Assembly: GCA_900316305.1 (NCBI GenBank)
Contig: ONCM01000005.1
Coordinates: 65,295 to 129,294, forward strand
From: an uncultured Bacteroidales bacterium
GTDB taxonomy: Bacteria; Bacteroidota; Bacteroidia; Bacteroidales; WCHB1-69
DNA: 64,000 nt
Reading direction: 5' to 3'
Below the pieces are notes generated by a model. That model ran no database searches and was not told the origin of the DNA. It saw only the letters and a list, made by a program, of their open reading frames with translations. The position numbers were made by a program, and so were the translations under genes. Shown here in pieces: positions 25,344 through 34,522 of the stretch (within the stretch, counting starts at the first letter, position 1; the number at the start of each line of letters is the position of its first letter).

Positions 25344-26735
25344 ATGGAGAAAAATTACTCACCGAATTTCGGACCTGTCAACAACATGGCGAGCGACATC
25401 GTGGTCGGTCTCGACATCGGCACCACCAAGGTGGCCACCATTATCGGTTATCTGAACAACAGAGGCAAAATTGAGATCCTCGGCCACGGAAAATCCACCT
25501 CCAAAGGTGTGGAATTCGGTCTCATCCAAAACCTCCTGAAAGCCCAGGAGAGCATCAAGACCTCCGTACAAATCGCATCCAACCATGCCCGCGTGGATGA
25601 AATCAACAGAGTGTATGCCGGCATCGCCGCCCGCCATATCCGCACCGCCAACTGCAAACACTACATTTTCCGCACTAACCATAACGCCCTCATCACGCAG
25701 GACGAACTCGACGCCATGAAACACGATGTCGAGAACATCGCCCTGCCACCGGACCAGAAAATCATCGCCATCATCCCGCAGAAATACGTCATCGAAGACT
25801 CTGCGGACGGCGCCAGCCACGAATCCATGGACCCCGTCGGCGAACTGGGTTCCAAAATCACAGGATTTTACCAGATTATCACTGGAAATTATCACGAAAT
25901 CAAAAAGATACACACCTGTATCTCCAATGTGAATATCAATGCGGAAGAGCTGATTCTCGAACCCATCGCCTCCGGACTCTCTTGTTTGTCCGAAGAGGAA
26001 AAACAGCGCGGCGTCGCCCTGATTGACATCGGCGGCGGCACCACCGACATGGTCATCTTCCAGAATGGCCACCCGAAATTTTGCAAGGTCATCCCCTTCG
26101 CCGGCTCCGTGATCACCAAAGACATCGCCAATGTCTGCAATATCCCGGAAGACACCGCCGAAGAACTGAAGGTCAACCACGGCAGCTGTATTCCCGCGAA
26201 GAGCAACCCCAACCGCGTGAGCACCATCCTCCGTCCGCATCAACAAACCCCGTTGCGCATCACCGATGAGCAACTGGCTCGCATCATCTACAGCCGCGTC
26301 CACAACGACATCCTCGGATTCGTCAAGAAGGAACTCGAAAATTCCGGATGCATGAAGATGCTCCAGAACGGCGCAGGTCTTGTTCTCACTGGCGGCGGCG
26401 CAAAACTCCGCCATCTCGTCGAGCTCTGCCAGTTCGACCTCGGGCTCAACACCCGCATCGGCATCCCGGGCATCGGTTTCGCCGATTCCCTCTCCAACGA
26501 GCTCAAACAACCCCTCTACTCCACCGCTCTCGGCCTGCTCAAATATGGTATCGAAGAAGAGACCAAAGGCATCCATCTGACCGAAAACACCACCGACGAA
26601 TTTGTCAGCAACACCAACGATGACAACTACACCTACCAACCTGCAGAACCGTATGGCGAACGGGATGCAAAAGGTGGCAAATTGCTGGATACGCTGAAAA
26701 AGACGTTCACGAAGTTCTTCGAACAGATTTCCTAA
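25344..26735 (+). CDS. ftsA: Cell division protein FtsA
   Basis: 'VVGLDIGTTKVATIIG' and 'ALIDIGGGTTD' are actin-like ATPase motifs. The start is ATG 25344, not the track's 25194. Confidence 0.85.
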   Translation: MEKNYSPNFGPVNNMASDIVVGLDIGTTKVATIIGYLNNRGKIEILGHGKSTSKGVEFGLIQNLLKAQESIKTSVQIASNHARVDEINRVYAGIAARHIRTANCKHYIFRTNHNALITQDELDAMKHDVENIALPPDQKIIAIIPQKYVIEDSADGASHESMDPVGELGSKITGFYQIITGNYHEIKKIHTCISNVNINAEELILEPIASGLSCLSEEEKQRGVALIDIGGGTTDMVIFQNGHPKFCKVIPFAGSVITKDIANVCNIPEDTAEELKVNHGSCIPAKSNPNRVSTILRPHQQTPLRITDEQLARIIYSRVHNDILGFVKKELENSGCMKMLQNGAGLVLTGGGAKLRHLVELCQFDLGLNTRIGIPGIGFADSLSNELKQPLYSTALGLLKYGIEEETKGIHLTENTTDEFVSNTNDDNYTYQPAEPYGERDAKGGKLLDTLKKTFTKFFEQIS

Positions 26736-26772
26736 ACCAAACCCATTAACCGAAAGTAATAACAATAGAAAT

Positions 26773-28170
26773 ATGACAGAATCAATCAATTTTACACCTG
26801 ATTTTGGCGCTAAAGAGAACTCCTCCTCCATCAAAGTGATTGGTGTGGGCGGAGGCGGAAGCAACGCCGTTCAACACATGTATTCCGAAGGAATCGAAGG
26901 TGTTGACTATCTGGTCTGTAACACAGACAAATGCCATCTGGAAGCCTGTAAGATACAGGATAAGCTGTTGTTAGGCAACGGCCTTGGTGCCGGTGCGAAT
27001 CCCGAAGTGGCTCAGAAATTTGCCTCTGAGAGCGAAAAGGAGATCAGAGAGTTCATCGGTGAAAACACCAAGATGCTCTTTATCGCCGCTGGTATGGGTA
27101 AAGGTACCGGTACGGGCGCTTCTCCCGTCGTGGCTAAAGTGGCCAAGGACATGGGCATCCTTACCGTCGGTGTCGTGACCGAACCTTTCAAATTCGAAGG
27201 TAAACGCATCATGAACGCTGCCAAAAGCGGTATCGAGGAGATGAGCAAATATGTCGATTCCCTGATTATCGTCAATAACCAGAACCTGATGAAATACTAC
27301 AACTCACTGCCTATCAACGAGGCTTACGCCCAAGTGGATGACATCCTCAAGAACGCAGTGAAGTGTATCGCGGAAATCGTCACCGTGACCTACGGTCAGA
27401 ACGTCGATTTCAACGATGTGAAATCCATCATGGAACACAGCGGCAAAGCCCTCTTGGGCATCGCCACCGCCAACGGCGAGGACCGCGTGCGTACGGTACT
27501 GGAAGACGTGCTCAACTGCCCGCTGCTGGAGAACTCCGACATCAGCGACGCCAAGAACTTCCTCTTCTTCGTCACCTACGGTCCCGACAAACAGATCACC
27601 ATGGGCGAACTGGAAATGCTCGAAGACCGCTTCGACGAGATGCAATCCGACAACGTGCACGTCATCTGGGGTCACGGTCTCGACGAAACACTGGGCGACA
27701 GCATCAAGCTTTCCCTCGTGGTCACCAATTTCGACTCCTCACACAAGGAAGAGTCGGAAATCATCATCGATACCACTGGAAAGACGATTGTCGATTCTAT
27801 CGAAGAGGCCCCTGTCACCACCATTCCGGAAATCTCCACCGAACAAGCTCCTCAAGCACAAGAGGAACCTGCTACAGCTCCTGTGATGGAAAGCCAAGAG
27901 TTCACAATGCCCGAGGCTTCCACACCCGAGTTCACCGACCCGCTCTTCAGAAACGTGGAAACACCCGAGCCTACCTACCCCTCTTTCAACTATAACGATG
28001 ACGATATCTTCAACAAGATGGTTAACGAGCCGTCCATCAACCGCAACAACGAAGTGATGACTTCCGCACAGGTCAAAGCCCCTGTCACGTTGGAGGAAGA
28101 GCCCAACAACGCCGTCTATTATGAGCTGAAGGACGATGTCTTTGACGTCTTCCACGGGCTGGCCGACTAA
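26773..28170 (+). CDS. ftsZ: Cell division protein FtsZ
   Basis: 'VIGVGGGGSNAV' and 'GMGKGTGTGASPVVA' are the tubulin signature. Confidence 0.95.
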   Translation: MTESINFTPDFGAKENSSSIKVIGVGGGGSNAVQHMYSEGIEGVDYLVCNTDKCHLEACKIQDKLLLGNGLGAGANPEVAQKFASESEKEIREFIGENTKMLFIAAGMGKGTGTGASPVVAKVAKDMGILTVGVVTEPFKFEGKRIMNAAKSGIEEMSKYVDSLIIVNNQNLMKYYNSLPINEAYAQVDDILKNAVKCIAEIVTVTYGQNVDFNDVKSIMEHSGKALLGIATANGEDRVRTVLEDVLNCPLLENSDISDAKNFLFFVTYGPDKQITMGELEMLEDRFDEMQSDNVHVIWGHGLDETLGDSIKLSLVVTNFDSSHKEESEIIIDTTGKTIVDSIEEAPVTTIPEISTEQAPQAQEEPATAPVMESQEFTMPEASTPEFTDPLFRNVETPEPTYPSFNYNDDDIFNKMVNEPSINRNNEVMTSAQVKAPVTLEEEPNNAVYYELKDDVFDVFHGLAD

Positions 28171-28193
28171 GCTATTCATTATAATTATATATA

Positions 28194-28231
28194 GGTGGTG
28201 GTATCATTCAGATGCCACCACTTTTTGTTTT
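28194..28231 (+). terminator. Intrinsic terminator after ftsZ
   Basis: An 11-bp stem, GGTGGTGGTATC / GATGCCACCAC, is followed by TTTTTGTTTT. Confidence 0.75.
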
Positions 28232-28288
28232 AAATGAGACCTAAATGAGAAATATTTTTCATTTTTGAGTATCAACTAAAAAAAATAC

Positions 28289-28296
28289 TATTTTTG
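28289..28296 (+). promoter_or_regulatory. -7 promoter box (TATTTTTG) for pyrB
   Basis: 92 nt upstream of ATG 28388, which implies a long leader. Confidence 0.4.
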
Positions 28297-28387
28297 CATT
28301 GGTATTAGTTTTGGTAAATTAAGGGGAGGAAAAAGCCGTTTTGAAGTGTGGAAGTAGTTTATAATTAAAAATATAGGAGGTTTCATT

Positions 28388-29311
28388 ATGTTAAAAAACA
28401 GAAGTTTGATTGATCCGAACGATTTCACGCGCGAGGAATTCCGCGAAATTTTCGATTTGGGTCACCAGATTATCGCCGATCCGGCGAAGTACAGCAAGAG
28501 TTGTGAAGGCAAAATCCTGGCAACTCTTTTTTATGAACCGAGTACGCGTACGCGCTTGAGCTTCGAGACGGCCATGTTACGTCTGGGCGGTCAGGTGATC
28601 GGTTTCTCCGAAGCCGCTTCCTCTTCCACCGCGAAGGGTGAGAGCATCGCCGACACGCTGCGTACCGTGGAATGCTACGCCGACATCGCGGCCATGCGCC
28701 ATCCCAAGGAGGGTGCCCCGCGCCTGGCCAGCCACTACATCCACATGCCGCTGATCAACGCCGGCGACGGCGGTCACCAGCACCCCACGCAAACCCTCAC
28801 CGACATCCTCACCATCGAACGTTTACGTGGTAACGTGGAGAATAAGACTTACGGTTTCTGCGGAGACCTCAAGTTCGGCCGCACCGTGCACTCCCTCGTC
28901 AAGTTCCTCAGCAACTACGAAGGCGTGAAGTTCATCTTCATCTCTCCCGAGGAACTGCGCGTTCCGGAATACATCCGCGAAGAGGTGGTCCGCAAGAAAG
29001 GCATCCCCTTCCAGGAGGTTGACCAGATGGAGCCCTACATGAACCAACTTGACTTCCTCTATATGACCCGCGTACAGCGCGAGCGCTTCTTCAACGAAGA
29101 GGACTATATCCGCCTGAAAGACAGATTCATCCTCGACAAAGAAAAGATGTCCTACGCCCGTCCCGACACCTACATCCTTCACCCGCTGCCGCGCGTCAAC
29201 GAAATCAGCACCGAAGTCGATGACGACCCGAGAGCACAATATTTCCAGCAAGCCAAGAACGGCATGTATGTCCGTATGGCGTTGATACTCAAATTACTGG
29301 GTATATACTAG
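28388..29311 (+). CDS. pyrB: Aspartate carbamoyltransferase catalytic subunit
   Basis: The 'STRTR', 'HPTQ' and 'HPLPR' motifs are present. Confidence 0.9.
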   Translation: MLKNRSLIDPNDFTREEFREIFDLGHQIIADPAKYSKSCEGKILATLFYEPSTRTRLSFETAMLRLGGQVIGFSEAASSSTAKGESIADTLRTVECYADIAAMRHPKEGAPRLASHYIHMPLINAGDGGHQHPTQTLTDILTIERLRGNVENKTYGFCGDLKFGRTVHSLVKFLSNYEGVKFIFISPEELRVPEYIREEVVRKKGIPFQEVDQMEPYMNQLDFLYMTRVQRERFFNEEDYIRLKDRFILDKEKMSYARPDTYILHPLPRVNEISTEVDDDPRAQYFQQAKNGMYVRMALILKLLGIY

Positions 29312-29320
29312 GAGTTTTTA

Positions 29321-29369
29321 AGGCAATAGGCAAAAGCCAATAGCTAACAGCCAATAGCCAAAGTTAAAG
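29321..29369. repeat. Heptamer array (AGCCAAT family, the reverse orientation of GGCTATT)
   Basis: Sequence: aggcaat aggcaaa agccaat agctaac agccaat agccaaa gttaaag. It begins 10 nt after the pyrB stop. Confidence 0.7.
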
Positions 29370-29395
29370 ATACATCATCATCAATTAGAAACATC

Positions 29396-29830
29396 ATGTT
29401 AGAAATCACCAGTATAGAAAAAGGTATTGTCATCGACCACATTACCGCCGGCTACGGAATCCAGGTGTTCAACTATTTGAACCTTGACAAGGCCGATTAT
29501 AATGTCGCGCTCATCTGCAACGCTTACAGCCAAAAGATGGGTAAAAAAGACATCATCAAGATCAACAATGTCATCGACATCAACTACGACTTCCTCGGGC
29601 TGATCGACCCGAACGCCACGGTGAACATCATCGAGGAGGGGAAGACCATCAAAAAGGTGAAGTTAGAAGTGCCTGACAGAGTGGAGAATATCATCCGCTG
29701 CAAGAACCCGCGCTGCGTCACCTCCGTGGAGCACTACTTCCCGCACGTCTTCCACCTTGTCGATAAGGATAAACGTTCCTACCGCTGCGAGTACTGCGAC
29801 GACATCGTGGTGCCGTACCCAGTGAAATAA
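29396..29830 (+). CDS. pyrI: Aspartate carbamoyltransferase regulatory subunit
   Basis: 144 aa with a C-terminal zinc motif 'CKNPRC...CEYCD'. It follows pyrB. Confidence 0.85.
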   Translation: MLEITSIEKGIVIDHITAGYGIQVFNYLNLDKADYNVALICNAYSQKMGKKDIIKINNVIDINYDFLGLIDPNATVNIIEEGKTIKKVKLEVPDRVENIIRCKNPRCVTSVEHYFPHVFHLVDKDKRSYRCEYCDDIVVPYPVK

Positions 29831-29869
29831 TTTATTTTCTCAAACCGTTTTGCGTATCAAAAAAAAGTG

Positions 29870-29877
29870 TATTTTTG
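29870..29877 (+). promoter_or_regulatory. -7 promoter box (TATTTTTG) for tRNA-Cys
   Basis: 17 nt upstream of the tRNA 5' end. Confidence 0.5.
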
Positions 29878-29893
29878 CCGCGCAAAACGAGAA

Positions 29894-29964
29894 GGTCTCG
29901 TGGCCGAGTGGTTAGGTACCGGTCTGCAAAACCGTTGACTCCAGTTCGAATCTGGACGAGACCT
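29894..29964 (+). tRNA. tRNA-Cys (GCA)
   Basis: Folded by hand. Acceptor stem GGTCTCG/CGAGACC. Anticodon loop CT-GCA-AA. T arm TCCAG-TTCGAAT-CTGGA. Discriminator U73, which is typical for Cys. No CCA is encoded. Confidence 0.85.
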
Positions 29965-29971
29965 CAAAAAT

Positions 29972-30007
29972 GTAGAGACGCGATTCATCGCGTCTCTATT
30001 GTTTTTT
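29972..30007 (+). terminator. GTAGAGACG-family palindrome plus T-run (terminator after tRNA-Cys)
   Basis: Sequence gtagagacgcgattcatcgcgtctcta followed by ttgtttttt. Confidence 0.7.
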
Positions 30008-30010
30008 ATG

Positions 30011-30018
30011 TACTTTTG
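30011..30018 (+). promoter_or_regulatory. -7 promoter box (TACTTTTG)
   Basis: Only 9 nt upstream of ATG 30027, so the transcript would be nearly leaderless. Confidence 0.4.
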
Positions 30019-30026
30019 CCGTTGAT

Positions 30027-31679
30027 ATGAAGCCGCAGAAACTATTCTATATCTTACTGGCTATTTGGGTTTTAGCCGACCTACTGCAGGCCATCTTCAC
30101 GCCCGTGCACGCGGACGAGGCCTACTATGCGCTATATGGGAGGTTTCTGGACTGGGGCTACTACGACCACCCGCCGATGGTGGCACTGCTCACCGCGCTC
30201 AGCGGCGCACTTTTCAAGGGAAATCTTTCCATCCGCTTTGCCACCGTGCTGCTTCACGGCGGAACCGTCTGGTTGGTTTGGATAACTTTACCCCACAAAA
30301 CGTTGACCAACAAGGATGTATGGACCTTTTTCGCAATAGCATCTTCCTTAGTGATGTTCTCGGCATATGGTTTTATCACCACCCCTGACGCACCGCTGCT
30401 CTTCTTCACCGCACTCTTCTTCTACCTCTACAAGCACTACCTCAATACCCCTACATGGCCGCTCGCATTCGCGCTCGGAGTAACACTTGCCGCTATGCTC
30501 TATAGCAAATACATGGCCGTACTTGTCGCCGGGTTTGTCCTCCTTTCGAACCTCAAACTGCTGAAAGATCCAAAAGTCTGGATAGCGGTGCTGTTGTCTG
30601 CACTCCTTTTCGTGCCACACATTTTATGGCAAATCAACCACCATTTCCCCAGCTTCCAATACCACTTGCTGGGTCGCAACACGGGTTTCCGAATGCAATA
30701 TCTGCTGGAATACTTTCCGAATCAATTGCTGGTCTTCAATCCTGTATGTCTCTGTCTTGCCCTTTACTTCTGCTGGAAGAGACGCAAAACCGACGACCTC
30801 TTCGAGAGAGCCGGTATCTTCACCATCGCGGGTTTTATCCTCTTTTTCTGGATAATGACCGTGAAAGGACACGCAGAGCCCCACTGGACCGTGGCGGCCT
30901 CCATCCCCATGATTCTCCTGCTGTGGCAAGAACTCCGTAACGAACAGTGGCACAAATGGTTGATGCGAGGTATCGTACCCATTGTCGGCGTGCTGCTGAT
31001 CTTTCGAATCATTGCCCCAATCCTGCTGAGCAACCATTCCCTCAATGCCTTTGGCAACCCGCACAAATACGATGTCATTCACGAATATTGCGGAAAAACA
31101 CCCGCCATATTCGTGGGTTCTTTCCAAGAACCCTCCTTATATCATTTCTACACTGAAGAGGATGCCTTGCTCATCAGTTCAGTTTATAACCGACAAACGC
31201 AATTCGACCTATGGCAGCTTGACAAGACGATTCAGGGAAAGCCTGCCTATATCATCAACACAAATGTGTATGATCGTGGACCAAAAGCAGGTTTCGACCT
31301 CATTGAAAAGGATGAGATCGCCTTTTATCTCCACAAGACAGAATCGTTCCAAGGCACCAACCGGATTCAGGTAGCCATTGACCAATATCGCGTTGCAAAC
31401 GACTCTCTTTATCTCGATCTCACGCTATCCAATCCTTACGAAACGGATTTTGTGTTCAACAATCCCGAATTTCCGATTACGCTACACGTTGTCTATCTGC
31501 GGAATAGCGACTGTTATCCTATTACCTGTCCGATAGGCTTTGACATGGTCATTCCTGCTGGCGGAAGCCTTAGTTGCAAAACCGTGGTCAAGTATATCCC
31601 AGATGCCCCAATTGTCATCTGCTTGGACAATATTGTCAATCGTTCCGTGAATAGTAAACCCTTAAAGCTAAAGCAATGA
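30027..31679 (+). CDS. ArnT/PMT-like (GT39/GT83) polytopic glycosyltransferase
   Basis: 550 aa and multi-TM, with 'DEAYYALYG..GYYDHPPM' in the first periplasmic loop. Confidence 0.75.
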   Translation: MKPQKLFYILLAIWVLADLLQAIFTPVHADEAYYALYGRFLDWGYYDHPPMVALLTALSGALFKGNLSIRFATVLLHGGTVWLVWITLPHKTLTNKDVWTFFAIASSLVMFSAYGFITTPDAPLLFFTALFFYLYKHYLNTPTWPLAFALGVTLAAMLYSKYMAVLVAGFVLLSNLKLLKDPKVWIAVLLSALLFVPHILWQINHHFPSFQYHLLGRNTGFRMQYLLEYFPNQLLVFNPVCLCLALYFCWKRRKTDDLFERAGIFTIAGFILFFWIMTVKGHAEPHWTVAASIPMILLLWQELRNEQWHKWLMRGIVPIVGVLLIFRIIAPILLSNHSLNAFGNPHKYDVIHEYCGKTPAIFVGSFQEPSLYHFYTEEDALLISSVYNRQTQFDLWQLDKTIQGKPAYIINTNVYDRGPKAGFDLIEKDEIAFYLHKTESFQGTNRIQVAIDQYRVANDSLYLDLTLSNPYETDFVFNNPEFPITLHVVYLRNSDCYPITCPIGFDMVIPAGGSLSCKTVVKYIPDAPIVICLDNIVNRSVNSKPLKLKQ

Positions 31680-32059
31680 TTGACAGCACATTGATAGTAA
31701 AATTCTTGAAATTCTGCTTGGTCGGCTTTTCGGGCATGGTGGTCGATTTCGGCACCACATGGCTTTGCAAGGAGAAGTTCGAGTGGAACAAGTACCTTTC
31801 CAACTCCCTTGGCTTCGTACTGGCCGCCACCAACAACTACATTTGGAACCGCCTCTGGACCTTCCAAAGCACCTGCACGGAAATCCCCGTTGAATATGGC
31901 AAATTCCTCATTATCGCCGCGATAGGTTTGGCTATCAACAATTTTGTGGTTTATCTTCTCCATGGCAAACTGAAACTGAATTTCTACCTCGCCAAAATCA
32001 TCGCCGTCGCGGTGGTCACCATTTGGAATTTCGCGATGAATTATTTGTTTACATTTTAA
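31676..32059 (+). CDS. GtrA-family membrane protein
   Basis: 127 aa with 4 TM helices and 'LKFCLVGFSGMVVDFG'. The start overlaps the upstream stop (ATGA). Confidence 0.75.
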   Translation: MIDSTLIVKFLKFCLVGFSGMVVDFGTTWLCKEKFEWNKYLSNSLGFVLAATNNYIWNRLWTFQSTCTEIPVEYGKFLIIAAIGLAINNFVVYLLHGKLKLNFYLAKIIAVAVVTIWNFAMNYLFTF

Positions 32060-32060
32060 T

Positions 32061-32124
32061 ACCTAGGGCTCGCTATCGCTCACCCTAGGCTAACATATGA
32101 CGCCCCTTCAGGGCTTTCAAGGAA
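32061..32124. repeat. ~63-nt intergenic element, copy E2
   Basis: See 19798..19860. It contains a CCTAGGG...CCCTAGG stem. Confidence 0.6.
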
Positions 32125-32134
32125 TATATTAAAT

Positions 32135-32155
32135 AGCTATTGCCTATTGCCTAAA
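32135..32155. repeat. Heptamer array (short)
   Basis: Sequence: agctatt gcctatt gcctaaa. Confidence 0.5.
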
Positions 32156-32160
32156 AATAC

Positions 32161-32168
32161 TATCTTTG
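32161..32168 (+). promoter_or_regulatory. -7 promoter box (TATCTTTG)
   Basis: 20 nt upstream of ATG 32188. Confidence 0.5.
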
Positions 32169-32187
32169 CCGCCTTAAACTTGTAAAT

Positions 32188-32823
32188 ATGCTCTTATTAA
32201 ACGACTTTTTCTACAGTCACTGGTTCGATTGGGACAAAAACCTGTTCCAATTCATCAATGGCCATAATTCGCCCTTTTGGGACAAGGTGATGTGGGTGAT
32301 CACCAGTGCGCACCTCGGGGTGCTCTTTTTCCTGATTCTGTCCGCGATGGTCGTATGGTATTATCGCAAACAGTCGTGGAGGATCCTGCTTTTCATCGCC
32401 ATTGTCACCTTGTTAGGGGACACAATTGGAGCCCGTGTACTGAAACCTTCCATAAAGCGCTTGCGTCCCTCACATGATCCTGAATACCATGGGGACTATC
32501 ATGTGCATTTATTGCAAAAGAAAGATGGAACTTACTATTATGGAGGCAAATACAGCTGTCCATCGAACCACGCCCTCAACTATATGACCACTTCCATACT
32601 CTTTTTCTATTTTTTGGGGAAGAAGGTCAGAAGACGCTGGCTATTAGCGATTTTCGTCTTTGGATGCACCTTACTGAGCTGTTACAGCCGCATGTACGTG
32701 GGCGTGCACTATCCATTCGACATTCTGTGTGGTTTGCTTATCGCGACGATGCTCGCAGGATTGGCGATTTGGCTGGACAGAAAGTTTCAAGTTTCAGGTT
32801 TCAGGTTTCAAGATTCAGAATGA
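32188..32823 (+). CDS. PAP2-family lipid phosphatase
   Basis: All three PAP2 motifs are present: 'KPSIKRLRP', 'PSNH' and 'SRMYVGVHYPFD'. Confidence 0.8.
   Translation: MLLLNDFFYSHWFDWDKNLFQFINGHNSPFWDKVMWVITSAHLGVLFFLILSAMVVWYYRKQSWRILLFIAIVTLLGDTIGARVLKPSIKRLRPSHDPEYHGDYHVHLLQKKDGTYYYGGKYSCPSNHALNYMTTSILFFYFLGKKVRRRWLLAIFVFGCTLLSCYSRMYVGVHYPFDILCGLLIATMLAGLAIWLDRKFQVSGFRFQDSE
32784..32818. repeat. Heptamer array (GTTTCAR x5)
   Basis: Sequence: gtttcaa gtttcag gtttcag gtttcaa gattcag. It forms the last codons of the PAP2 ORF. Confidence 0.7.
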
Positions 32824-32836
32824 ACTACTACCATTG

Positions 32837-34420
32837 TTACTGATTGGTAATCACAATCTTACGGTCTTTTGCTGCTTTCAAGCCGAAGACTGTTTCGCGC
32901 ACTTCGTCGGTCTCAAAAGCGTGATTCACAGCCCCTTCAGGGAAAATTTGTAGATAAAGACCTGATTTTTCACCCGTTATATATGGAGATAACCGAGCGT
33001 CATCCGCCTTGCGAAGATAGTTCAGCAAACTGACAATTCTTCGTGAGGATAAATGCTTGTTATAGTCGCTGTTATGCAACGGACTGGCAAATCCGCTGAT
33101 GACCAGATTCACCGTATCACCGTTCAACATCGCTTCGGTAAGATACTGCTGCAGAAGCTGTAAGCGTGCGTAACCCGTCTGCACAGAGTCGCGCATAAAG
33201 CCTGCCACCGCGTACATTGCCTTGCGCTGTTCTTCTCCAGTCAGTCCTTCTCCAGATTTGTTAACATATCCTTGGATATCACCGATATACGCATTGTATA
33301 GTTCCAAATAATCCTTATCGGTAGTGTCAGAAACAGACTTCGGGTCGGGACAGTCATTTTGGAAGTACAACGTTATCGGCAACACAGAGGCTATTTTTTC
33401 ATGAATGTCCGGCTTGTGTGGCAACACAACCGTATCTTTCTGAGGCTTAGACCATTCCACATAGAAGATGTCGTTGCAGCAGGTATCTTCATCCACCATA
33501 TCGCGGTGAGGTCTGTTGGAGGAGAGAAAACCGCTCTTACTACATTGATTTACAACAAAATAGAAGTCGTTATACACCGAATTAAAGGGTCGAGGAAGGT
33601 GTTTTACCGGTTGCCAACGACCCAAAGCACCCTCGCTACAAAAAATGTCGAAATCGCCTATAGGGTGATGCTCGTCCGAGCTGAAATAGAGCATGTTAGA
33701 ATGTTTATCATAGAAAGGGGTAACCTCATCCCCATCGGTGTTGATGGCCGGTCCGAGGTTGACGGGCGACTGGAAATGCCCATTCTTGCGGATGGCATAC
33801 CAAATATCCGATTTTCCATACCCACCGGGACGATTGGAGGAGAAGTAAAGTACCTCGTAATCAGCATATTCCACCAAACAAGGCTGCATGGAAGAGTAGT
33901 CGCCCGGATTGATAACCGAGGATAATTTTTTAGGTTTCGTCCAGTTGCCACCACGCCGTTCCGATTCCCACAAATGGCAATGGAGATCCCCCTCCCCTGT
34001 TCGCTCACAACGGGTCAACATCATTCGCTGACCGTCCTCGCTCAAGCAGAAATTGCTGTTGAAATAGTTGGGGTGGTTAATGTTCCGAGGTAATGGTTTC
34101 GCAGTTGCAAACCGTTCTTCCGACAACATTCGGGATTCGTAAATATAGCAGTACCAATTCGTTTCAAAGAAATGTTCCGCATCCTCCGCCGCATCATTGC
34201 GCATAGCGGTAAAAAGAAAGGTGGAATCCGGCAGCAACTTTCCAGCATATTCCGAAAAGGAGCTGTTGATTGACGACGGTAAAGGATCTATTGTCACGAT
34301 GATAGAATCCGTTATGGGCAATACTGTTACAACATTGCTCTGCGCCCTCGCAGAAACCCACAAGAACAGCGTCACAATGAAAACACATAAAGCCTTTATT
34401 ATAAACGATTTATCATTCAT
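32837..34420 (-). CDS. PorE-like protein: TolB/PD40-type beta-propeller repeats plus an OmpA_C-like domain
   Basis: Signal peptide present. PD40-like motifs are 'YFSSNRPGGYGKSDIWY' and 'LYFSSDEHHPIGDFDIF'. The C-terminal OmpA-like region is 'ISGFASPLHNSDYNKHLSSRR'. It lies directly downstream of the PorP/SprF-like ORF. Confidence 0.6.
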   Translation of the reverse strand: MNDKSFIIKALCVFIVTLFLWVSARAQSNVVTVLPITDSIIVTIDPLPSSINSSFSEYAGKLLPDSTFLFTAMRNDAAEDAEHFFETNWYCYIYESRMLSEERFATAKPLPRNINHPNYFNSNFCLSEDGQRMMLTRCERTGEGDLHCHLWESERRGGNWTKPKKLSSVINPGDYSSMQPCLVEYADYEVLYFSSNRPGGYGKSDIWYAIRKNGHFQSPVNLGPAINTDGDEVTPFYDKHSNMLYFSSDEHHPIGDFDIFCSEGALGRWQPVKHLPRPFNSVYNDFYFVVNQCSKSGFLSSNRPHRDMVDEDTCCNDIFYVEWSKPQKDTVVLPHKPDIHEKIASVLPITLYFQNDCPDPKSVSDTTDKDYLELYNAYIGDIQGYVNKSGEGLTGEEQRKAMYAVAGFMRDSVQTGYARLQLLQQYLTEAMLNGDTVNLVISGFASPLHNSDYNKHLSSRRIVSLLNYLRKADDARLSPYITGEKSGLYLQIFPEGAVNHAFETDEVRETVFGLKAAKDRKIVITNQ

Positions 34421-34439
34421 TCTTACCCTATCATTACCT

Positions 34440-34522
34440 TAAACTCTAAACCCTAAACTCTAAACCCTAAACTCTAAACTCTAAACTCTAAACTTCAATA
34501 ACCAATAACCAATAACCATTAC
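34440..34522. repeat. Heptamer arrays filling the porP-like/porE-like spacer: (TAAACYC)x8 then CTTCAATAACC..CCATTAC
   Basis: Sequence: taaactc taaaccc taaactc taaaccc taaactc taaactc taaactc taaactt caataac caataac caataac catta. Confidence 0.85.

Noticed and set aside
29894-32823. tRNA-Cys might be an integration site for the ArnT/GtrA/PAP2 module.
   Set aside because: There is no integrase. I noticed no direct repeat of the tRNA 3' end downstream, and the G+C of the module looks like the rest of the genome.
34447-34495. The TTTAGGG/TTTAGAG repeats resemble plant-type telomere repeats.
   Set aside because: The context is an internal bacterial intergenic spacer between two co-oriented genes. 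The array is only about 8 degenerate units and belongs to the wider heptamer-array phenomenon.
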